From Takakia lepidozioides (Eukaryota > Plantae > Bryophyta), in the NCBI GenBank assembly GCA_030704615.1, contig JAKLZA010000124.1, positions 1 through 9,000 of the forward strand: DNA of 9,000 nt, read 5' to 3'. The notes under the pieces were generated by a model. The model was given only the letters and a program-made list of their open reading frames with translations, did not search any database and was not told the origin of the DNA. The translations under genes and the position numbers were made by a program. Of the stretch, positions 1-8,015 are shown piece by piece; the first letter of the stretch is position 1, and the number at the start of each line of letters is the position of its first letter.

Positions 1-410
1 TTTCCATTTATTTTACAACCAATCGTTGATTAATCGTCCAACTATGAACTGACACACTAGACGGCACAATTTATTTACAATCAAATCCCATGACATGTAT
101 GTTGATTTGTTCTTTGATTACTCATGTATGAGTAATGAGTACAAGTATTTGTGGCGACAATTGACTCTAAAACCAATAAATTGATTAAGACACCCATAAC
201 AAAATATTTAGTTACTTTATCACTTACTTTATATTGTATTATGAAGGCGCCGCCACAAAGTAACATGTCAATCGTACAACCATCTTCTGAGGATCCACGT
301 GTAACCCATGTAGTCCAAAAAGCACTAACGCCAGAGTGTATAAAAAAGGTTCACATTTCAGATTTGGCCAATTTGGCCTTAGCCTTCGCTCCCTTTCCCC
401 CCGCTCTCCT

Positions 411-480
411 TGGCGGGGGCAGGTTTGAACCCGCAACCTAGTGGAAAATACACCACAACCTTACCAACAAGCCATGCTCT
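411..480 (-). other. tRNA-derived Pol III-type element (SINE head or tRNA pseudogene)
   Basis: Minus strand reads AGAGCATGGCTTGTTGGTAAGGTTGTGGTGTATTTTCCACTAGGTTGCGGGTTCAAACCTGCCCCCGCCA. A-box-like TGGCTTGTTGG (474-464), B-box GGTTCAAACC (431-422), T-arm-like stem GCGGG/CCTGC, anticodon-arm-like stem GTGG/CCAC. No proper acceptor stem. Confidence 0.5.
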
Positions 481-765
481 ATTCAATGAAACAACCTCTA
501 CTTTTTTGTTAATAAACTGTTTCTATTCAGTTAAACTTGTTGCCATTACTACATGACTAACCCGGTATCATTACTACACTAACGTAGTCTAGTATACTTG
601 CACATTATCCCTTGCCACTCCCCCAAACAAACACACACAAACTACACAAGCACTTAACACGTCTCTAGTCTCTACACCCTGGAGACTCCCGTTGCGAAGA
701 GGAGACGGAGGCGCCGCATCTCGGCCTTATACTATACCACCCCGAGGCAACGAGCTGTTGCGGCG

Positions 766-843
766 ATGGGGAGGAAGAAGGACACTCGAGGGGGAGGCGT
801 TGCTGGTGGTGGTGGTGGTAGAGGCAAGCTGCGGACGGAGAAG
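766..843 (+). CDS. Exon 1 (MGRKKDTRGGGVAGGGGGRGKLRTEK), basic and Gly-rich N-terminus
   Basis: ATG at 766 (GCGATGG context), 26 codons, ends AAG|GTAAGC (strong donor). Phase 0 joins in frame to the acceptor at 2265. Too short for the ORF track. Confidence 0.7.
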
Positions 844-3800
844 GTAAGCTGTAGTTTTGTTTTTTTTCATGACCTGCACTTAGGCATATGCGCCATCGCA
901 TAAGCCCCACCAAGCTGCTCCTAATCTAGCACCTCCGCCGGCGCAGATGCCTAAGTCACTTCAACTCTCACAAGTTTGCGAATCTCCACACATACACACA
1001 ACCGTCTCCGCCGGCGGAGACAGCTCATTCCCCTTGGTTTTTTCTGATGCTTGGAAGGGCTGGGCTGCCACCTCCGCCGGCGCATACCGTTGGAGCTGGG
1101 ATGCTCACATGTTTCAGGAAGTGCTCCTCTACTCCCATCCCGTTTATTTTTTTGCATGCTCATACGTTGCTGATGCTCCGAGCGGGTTGGGCTGGCGTAT
1201 CCGCCGGCGCATACCTGTGCAGCAGGGCTGCTCAAATGTTTCAGGAAGTTCTCCCCTTTTCCATCTCCTTTGTTTTTCCGCATGCTCAAAAGTTGCTGAT
1301 GCTCCGAGTGGGCTGCGCTGGCATATCCGCCGGCGCATACCCATTGAGTACATTCTTTTTTGCTCAGCTCATAGGTTTCAGGAACCTCCTGCAAGCGTCT
1401 CCGCCGGCGGAGACACTTGGAGCTTGGTTTTTTTTGCATATTCCCTGTGTTACGGAAGCTCCAAAGCGCCAAGGCTGCCACCTCTGTCAACACAGACCCG
1501 TGCAGCAGGGCTGCTCACATATTTCAGGAAGTTCTCCCCCCCTTCCATCTCTTTTGTTTCTCCGCATTCTCATAAGTTGTTGATGCTCCGAGCGGGCTGG
1601 GCTGCCATATCCGCCGGCGCATACCCATTGAGCACAATCTTTTTTTGCTTAGCTCCTAGGTTTCAGGAACCTCATGCAAGCATCTCCGCCGGCGGAGATG
1701 CTTGGAGCTTGGTTTTTTGTTGTATATTCCTTGTGTTACGTAAGCTCCAAAGTGTCGAGGCTGCCACCTCCGTCGGCGCAGACGCTTGGGGAACCTTCCC
1801 TATTTTGGTTGATCACAGTATTCAAGTATCTCAAAGCTTCTACGTTGCCACCTCCACAACTCCACATGCTTCCATAGGCCTAGTTTGATCTTTCAAGGTG
1901 CTCCTGTATGTTTGGCTACAACCTCCCTTCCATGGTATGCGCCGGCGCATATGCTTGGAGCTCCTTGAGCAAAAATTTCTTCAAGGGCCTCAAATCTTGT
2001 CAAATTTTGAGTTGGTTGCACATATGTGTCATATGCGCCGGCGTAGGTGGTCGGAGGTCCTCTGTCGGGATGCTCAGGCCTGTATTCTGCTCCAAGTTGT
2101 AAGCTTTGAAAGACAAGGATATTCATGGAATTAGTTGACTATCCAAATTCATTTGTTTTCTTCATGCAACCATGACACTGAACTGCTCTTTTTACATATT
2201 ATACATTCACACATGTGCTCTTCTCATACACTGACATCTTGAACTGTTTTGGTCTATGGAATTAGGAAATTACTACTACAACTGAAGCTGTGGAGGCCGG
2301 GACGCTTGCAACCATTATTGACGACATTGATGCAGGGAATTGGGGGGCAGATGAGTATGAAGAGGATACAACATCTAGTGATCCTCTTTCTCTAGATGCC
2401 AAACAGGCAATTATTCTGGAAAAGAAACAAGATCTGAATGTAACTTTCAGGTCCCTCCTCATTGAGGATGGAGTTATGGACATTCCATTGTGTCGCATGA
2501 TTTCTATGCAGGTTGTTAGGCCCGCCCTTGCCAACGACATCCTAAAGCTTAGAGGAGACTTCTATTCTGGATACCATCCAGGAGCAGCCGTGTTCTATGT
2601 TTCTGTTGAGGGGATTGATGGATCTACTATAGATGTAGGTCCTGATATCATCTCTACATGGGATAGTCATTGGAAAACAGTCAATGATGAGTTTGAGAAG
2701 TATCTTGAGTCCAAGCCAAAGTTGCATCATCTTCGGGGGAAGATGTTTCATGTCTGGGATGGGAATCATAGGCTTCAAGCATGGTATCCCTATATCAATG
2801 AAGTTCATGGGGCCAACTTGTCAAGACATGTCTGTGTGACAAGTTGGGTGCTCAATGCGGACATTGAAAATCGTGGTTCCCTCAGGTCCATCATGGATGG
2901 AGTGAATGTGTGAGTTTCCTTTCTATTCTTCATTTACTTTCATGTTCAATGTTGTCATGTTCTTGCTCAATGGATGTACATATACACATCTTCTTTCTAA
3001 TGATCATATTTTATATGTGCAGGGCAACAGAGAGGGCACATGTTACATCCAAATTTGTGCACTTGGTTTGCAAGGTCAATATGATTGGCCTTACACCTGT
3101 CTCTGAATGGAAGAATGTATTGAGGAAAGAGCAATACGACGAATGCATCAAGAAAGCAGGAAAGACTTGGTATAACCTGACAGTCCATGCAATGACAGAG
3201 ATTTTGTACAAGGTAACATCATGTCTTAACCAAGTTTCATTCTTTGCATCCATAGACAAGATTCACCTCTGGTTCATGTTATGAACTGTTTTGGTTCTTT
3301 TGGCAGCATGATATTGTTGAGGCCCAACGCATGGCGGGGGAAGCTTACAAACTTGCTGAGGGGCCAAAGAGTCAAGAGGGCCTTGAAGATACAATGAGAC
3401 AGGCTGGATTGAAAGCAAGGGAGCAACACAAGAGTCAGCTTGTGAAGTTGCTTCCTATTGCTGATCCAACCCTTGGAGAGGGGTTTCTCCAAGAACTTAA
3501 ACTGCATTGGTCACGTGTAAAGGCAGGATCAGAGGAAATGACCCAAGAGAAAATGGTGAACATTGCTACCGCCCGGGTGGATCCTGAAGAAAAGGTGGAA
3601 TGGCTACATATATGGAATGGAGACCAAACACTTCACGACCGTAATTTTTTTCCACCCGGGCCTATCAGTGGGCCAACACTTGATCCTTGGCTGAATAGAA
3701 GGACTTTTTGGTGGCAGGTACATATACAATCACTATCTTCTCAATGCAATTAATTCATTTTGTTGATGACACATTAACATAGTTATTTAACTGACTGTAT

Positions 3801-6417
3801 TTTCTGGCAGCTTCGCAAGGTTGCCTTGGCTCAGTTTGCCTTGTACACCACTCAGCTTGGCCAATTTCATGTTGCCTTGGAGGAAGGAGAGAGTGAGAGT
3901 CTGGGAGACTACATGGATACATGGAAGATGACTCATTTCAATGAGTTGTTTCATAGAGAGTTCTCATTGCCAAAGGGGCCATTCAGAGGCAATGATTGGG
4001 AACAACAAACAGGTGGGGAGAAGGTGGTGAGACGGATTTTATTCAGGTACCATCTTTCCATTGCATTGTACATGGATAGTGTATACACCTTGTAAGTCAA
4101 AAATGTCTATGCTTCAAGTATTTTTCTAGTACATTGGGATATACATGTTTCTTAATGTGCTTGTTCAATTGTTGAACAGGTTGCATAAATATTTGTCTCC
4201 ACAATAACTTTGAATGTGTTTGTATTTTAGGTACATGAGATTTGTGCTTGTACCGAGTGATCGACTTAAGGCTGAGCCCAAGTTTCTGATGGCCTGGAAG
4301 TTTGGTGCTCAACAAGCTTCCATGTACACACCTGCAATTGAGGAAGATTGGGGTGTGGAACACCGGGAAGGGGGGGTTGGTATTTGGATATGCCCAAGGG
4401 TACTATCCCCTATGCAGAAATGGGACTTCATAAGGAATGTGTTCGCAGGCAGTCAGTGAGTGATGAAGGGGGTATCTCCACTGAAGTCCCTGTTCTTGAT
4501 CTGGAGCATGCAGAACAGATTGCTACACAGGCCGCTGACGCTGTAGCCCAAGTGGTCCCTGCCGTTGTGGGTGTACCAAAACGCAAATCACGAAAAAGAA
4601 AAGGTGCGGATGTCAATGCAGGTGTGGCCCCCAATGCAGGTGTGGCTTCTATTGCTGGTCCTATTGGTAGTTCTTCACATCCTTCAAATCAGTTGGTTGT
4701 AGTGCCTGCACCTACTACTCGAGGAAACAAGCCAAAGGCAGGCGAACATCCTTACAGTGCAGTGTCATTTTCTGGTGGTGCACCTAGCATGTATCGCATG
4801 AAGATCATGCCTACTCATTTCATTGATATGGTGGAGGCCTCAAGTACATCTCCTGATGCGACCTTGAAAGAGCTCATGGAGTTCTTAAAAAATGTGAGTT
4901 TCCCCCAACAAACAAACTTGAATGTAAGGAATTCTTCGATGTTTTTATATCCTCATCATCCGGCTATTGACTCCTACATTTTCTGTATGTTGTTTGCAGT
5001 TGCCAGGAACTTGGTCTAGTGTTGTGGATGGAAAAAGCGTGCATGTGGCTGTGGACATGATCATCGTGGACTGCCCAACAGGAATGCCTGTACAGGGCTG
5101 TTTGGATGGTGTACAGGTTCCTCCCTGGAATGCTTTTGATAAACGGTATTGGGAGTATGCATTCTCCATTGCTAATGACCTGTTGGATGACAATGGATGC
5201 TTGGTGTTCTTGCAGGGCTCCGATGATTCCTTTGCATTGGAGCTCTTTTCTTACTCCAGGGGCAGCTCTATTTCCGTATTATCAAGGAAATATACTTGCA
5301 TCAATACCACCCCTCTACACACTCAGACAGGAAAGGTAAAAATCATCCCTCTTCAATATCTCATTGTTTGATGTTTCATCTTCCTACTCTCATACATATT
5401 ATTAAACCATCCGGGTGCACTGTTTTTGTGGAAATGGCACGTCTAACAGACCATGTTCTTCCACGCCCATGTCCTCACCAAGCAAGGAGGACTATTCAAA
5501 CTGCGTGAGTCTGGCAAAGTTGTGGACCCCCTTGCAGACCCTGTTGAGTTGGATGCCATCTACAACCACATTCCAGATGTTGCACTACCCATGCAAACTC
5601 CTCAACAAGCCTGGAGGGGTGCGCGAGACCGTAGTCCCGCCTTCATGCAAGTGTTGTTGGAGACATGCTCACCTCCTGGCTCCCGCATTTTGGATCTCAC
5701 AGCTGGCACAGGTTTGCATTGGTCTCCATTTTGTAATTAAAATCTTCTGAGCTGATTCATGATCATTAACTGTTATCCGATATAATATCATCATTGCATG
5801 TTTTTTTCCTGCAGGTTCTACATTTATTGCTGCCCGCGAGTCTGGACGTCACGTATTTGGTCTTGAGGGGGACCAGACGTTGTATGCAGCACGTCTCTCT
5901 GCACTTCAAAATACTCAACCCGTTTTGGTTTCATCTGTGGTAACTCCAACCATTCAACGTCCTGTGAGTTTGTTGGAACCCCCCGCTCCTAAGGTGGCGC
6001 GCAAGCTTGGTCTTCATCTCGGCAGTACTTCCTAGTGAGTATGTCTCGCCTCCATTCCCTTTGTTGCAATCTCTATATTATTTGCAAAGCAAACCATTCC
6101 CATTTGATTTGTTAACATAAGTATACATGTATGTGTGATGCAGTGATGGGATTGTGCGGACCATCTACGATAGTCTACCCCAAAGTCCTCTTTCATCGTT
6201 TTATCTACCTTCGTATGCCGAGTCCCAAGCTTTGCATTCAATACATCAACAACGTGATGTAGGTCTTTCCAATGATCTCTTGTTTGACCGAAGAGCAGCT
6301 ATTGTTGGACAATCCGTGGATAGGTTGCGTAGAGTTGAGGCTTTCATGGATGTGTATGCCTCTGAATCACAGGCTTATGACACGGATGATGAAGTATCAG
6401 CTGATGATGTTATGTAG
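766..6417 (+). CDS. Spliced 10-exon gene encoding a ParB/Srx-like domain + beta-class N6-adenine/N4-cytosine DNA methyltransferase-like fusion protein (~1104 aa; one unresolved frameshift in exon 6, so possibly a pseudogene or a sequence error)
   Basis: Exons 766-843, 2266-2909, 3023-3212, 3307-3717, 3811-4046, 4231-4893, 5000-5335, 5450-5711, 5815-6034, 6144-6417. All 9 introns are GT..AG with matching phases (0,2,0,0,2,0,0,1,2). Exons sum to 3314 nt, 1 nt short of 1105 codons, matching the single frame switch in exon 6. Motifs: FHVWDGNHRLQAW; VDMIIVDCPTG; SPPGSRILDLTAGTGSTFIAARESGRHVFGLEGD. Confidence 0.82.
878..2051. repeat. Intronic complex tandem repeat built around palindromic CGCCGGCG cores (~127-bp subunits, ~284-bp higher-order unit)
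   Basis: Exact CGCCGGCG at 936, 1009, 1075, 1202, 1328, 1402, 1612, 1687, 1940, 2036; degenerate copies at 891, 1485, 1771. Spacing 127/126/74/83/127/75/84 between 1075 and 1771. Segments ~1218-1500 and ~1501-1785 are clear duplicates. Confidence 0.93.
2266..2909 (+). CDS. Exon 2: ParB/Sulfiredoxin-like N-terminal domain
   Basis: Branch-like CTGAC at 2231, acceptor TTAG at 2262-2265, donor GT|GTGAGT at 2910. Encodes IPLCRMISMQVVRP...FHVWDGNHRLQAW; DGNHR at 2758-2772 matches the ParB/Srx DGxHR signature. Confidence 0.8.
3023..3212 (+). CDS. Exon 3 (ATERAHVTSK...AMTEILYK)
   Basis: Acceptor TGCAG ending at 3022, donor AAG|GTAACA at 3213; frame equals ORF 2910..3284. Confidence 0.78.
3307..3717 (+). 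CDS. Exon 4 (HDIVEAQRMAGE...RRTFWWQ)
   Basis: Acceptor GGCAG ending at 3306, donor CAG|GTACAT at 3718; frame equals ORF 3331..3753. Confidence 0.78.
3811..4046 (+). CDS. Exon 5 (LRKVALAQF...VRRILFR)
   Basis: CTGAC branch-like motif and TTTTCTGGCAG acceptor ending at 3810, donor AG|GTACCA at 4047; frame equals ORF 3826..4095. Confidence 0.78.
4231..4893 (+). CDS. Exon 6, containing the frame switch (4348-4456) and an NLS-like PKRKSRKRK (4576-4602)
   Basis: Acceptor ATTTTAG ending at 4230 enters the frame of ORF 4214..4459; donor AAT|GTGAGT at 4894 leaves from the frame of ORF 4348..5019. The two frames overlap across a G7 run at 4370-4376. Confidence 0.65.
5000..5335 (+). CDS. Exon 7: MTase catalytic half (motif IV-like VDMIIVDCPTG; motif V/VI-like AFSIANDLLDDNGCLVFL)
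   Basis: Acceptor TTTGCAG ending at 4999, donor AAG|GTAAAA at 5336. DCPT at 5069-5080 aligns by eye with vDliitDPPY of beta-class MTases; LLDDNGCLVFL resembles the vLkpgGsl.i element. Confidence 0.75.
5450..5711 (+). CDS. Exon 8: MTase motif X and first half of SAM-binding motif I
   Basis: Acceptor CTAACAG ending at 5449, donor G|GTTTGC at 5712. RDRSPAFMQVLLETCSPPGSRILDLTAGT resembles the tqKPv.L...li...s.pGd.VLDpFaGsG consensus. Confidence 0.8.
5815..6034 (+). CDS. Exon 9: completes motifs I-II (GSTFIAARESGRHVFGLEGD)
   Basis: Acceptor TTTTTTTCCTGCAG ending at 5814 (phase 1 rebuilds Gly), donor TA|GTGAGT at 6035. Matches the GsTt..AA...gR..iG.E.d consensus. Absent from the ORF track. Confidence 0.82.
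6144..6417 (+). CDS. Exon 10: acidic C-terminal tail ending DDEVSADDVM*
   Basis: Acceptor ATGCAG ending at 6143 (TA+T = Tyr), in frame with ORF 6154..6417; followed by AT-rich 3'UTR-like sequence. Confidence 0.62.
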
Positions 6418-7349
6418 GTAATTAGAAATTACATATACAATACATTGTCCTCATTGTCAGTCCGAATTTTTTGTTATTTTTATGATACATGTATTTCTCT
6501 CTAGTGTAAGGTAAAACAAATGGGGCAAATGACATGGTGTTGAAATCAGATTTCATGTTATCTTCCTGTCATTTGATTTATCTATGTAATAGTTTGTACA
6601 TAGATCTCTACTGCATTTCATAGATCCCTTTACCTTAATGCAAGTTCGACATGCACTTCAGCACTATCAAATTTCATCATTAGTAAGATCAACCCTTATG
6701 AGTATTGTGGCATGTTATGTACACACAGGGTGACTATCTTTATCTCATTAGTGTTTCATTTCATTAGTGTTTCAAGTCTGAATGGGTAGTGTAGTGGTAT
6801 GAACTAGGCTTGATACCCGATAGGTTGTGGGTTCTATCTCTGATGGACATTATGTTTTTGTAAAATAAAAATGTTTCAGAAGATAGATATATAGATACTG
6901 CAAAACCTATGTAACAAAGCTCCCTAGCATTGTCAAGCTCCCTAGCATTCCCTTAGCATTGCTCCATTCTGAACTTCAAACTAGACTCCCACCATTGGAA
7001 GAGCCCGTACCTTCACCATTTGTATCTAACAAGGAGCCATGCCTCGTCACTTTTTAATTTTTCGACCTTTTTTCTCATGTTGGAAAGCCATAAAAGCAAC
7101 ATGTTCATCTCCCATTCCTACACTCACCCATGTGGAATAATAATACAATGAATATGGAATATTCTTATTCCATCCTTTGATATTTTGACTATGGACCCTA
7201 AGATTAGATGAATCAGAATTTTTATTTTATTTTTTGGTACCCTTATTTAAGTGTTGTGCATATAAAATTGTTCCTATGCATATCTAAAATTTGTATGCAC
7301 GCATACATTCCTCCATATGCATGCATTTGTGTGCGCATATAGTATAGGC

Positions 7350-8015
7350 TACCCCCCCCCATTGATGTCACCCCATCGCATGTAACCCATTGTACAATTT
7401 GGGGTGCACGCTATAAACCCCGATGCTACATCACCCCATCTTATGTATCCCCACGACACGTAGCCCTTGTATAGGCAACCCTGCCCACTTTCATTGTGCA
7501 CAGTGTAACTTAGAACTGTGTAACCCTCTTGAGTGAGTGTAACCCAGAGTGTTGTAACTCCAAGAAGTATGTAGCCCGACCAGATGTTACCCCCACACTA
7601 TTGTGACCCCATCGTATGTAACCCATTGTACATAGCCCTCATGTATGTAACCCCATGCAGTATAAATCTGAGAACTTCAGTGCACAAACACTTCAGTGCG
7701 AAAAAAAATAAAAAATAAAACAAATGCGCATAGTCGAGGTGGGGTTACATGCCACGAAAGTATACTATTTCAGCAATGTGACCCTAACATAGCCAGGAAG
7801 GCCCAACCATGTAACCCTAGGCCCATTGTATGTAACCCATAAGTGTAACCCCACGTCGTGAGACCCGGCATGGTGTAACCCATCACTTATGTGTGAACCA
7901 CAGAGTGTAAGCCCATTGCCCCAGGGCCCAAAGGTGTACCCAAGTACTTGTCTATGATTCCACTTCATGTAACCTTATAAGGTATAACCCCATGTAAGCC
8001 CATTGCATGAAACCC
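7350..8015. repeat. Dispersed short-motif array (TGTAACCC and variants)
   Basis: Exact TGTAACCC at 7381, 7519, 7538, 7617, 7646, 7810, 7831, 7844, 7874; inverted at 7742; many variants (TGTAGCCC, TGTGACCC, TGTTACCC, TGTCACCC, TGTAAGCCC). A 27-bp duplication at 7370-7396 / 7606-7632 has 1 mismatch. Confidence 0.88.

Noticed and set aside
81-441. Short ORFs 81..266, 151..441, 239..436
   Set aside because: No recognisable motifs or exon structure; AT-rich sequence, partly overlapping the tRNA-derived element.
398-442. Possible Helitron 3' end (GC hairpin followed by CTAG|T at 438-442)
   Set aside because: The hairpin-to-CTAG gap (~18 nt) is long, and the CTAG lies inside a tRNA-like unit that continues past it; the minus-strand tRNA-derived reading explains more of the sequence. 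Not fully excluded.
411-480. Functional tRNA gene
   Set aside because: No 7-bp acceptor stem, an 8-nt anticodon-like loop and a 6-nt T-loop; at best tRNA-derived.
930-1790. CRISPR-like appearance (palindromic repeats with spacers)
   Set aside because: Spacers are homologous to each other and 66-127 bp long, repeat arms vary, no cas genes are present, and the context is eukaryotic and intronic.
947-2134. Long overlapping ORFs on both strands (947..1888, 951..1493, 1047..1583, 1898..2134 and others)
   Set aside because: They are translations of the GC-rich palindromic repeat (recurring SAGAY / RRRI / PPA in all frames) and lie inside the inferred intron 1.
2262-6241. Minus-strand and alternate-frame ORFs overlapping the ParB-MTase exons
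   Set aside because: Shadow ORFs; the splice-consistent plus-strand frames carry all recognisable motifs.
2290-6417. Prokaryotic operon of small ORFs (restriction-modification-like)
   Set aside because: Coding segments are bounded by GT/AG sites with consistent phases and separated by AT-rich ~90-190-nt introns; this is one spliced eukaryotic gene.
6745-6960. Small local duplications (TCATTAGTGTTTCA x2 at 6745/6761; AAGCTCCCTAGCATT x2 at 6917/6935)
   Set aside because: Ordinary slippage-type micro-duplications in AT-rich intergenic DNA with no wider pattern.
7350-8015. Telomeric or interstitial telomeric tract; ORF 7765..7968
   Set aside because: TAACCC units are not tandem and are preceded by TG; the ORF is a by-product of the motif field.
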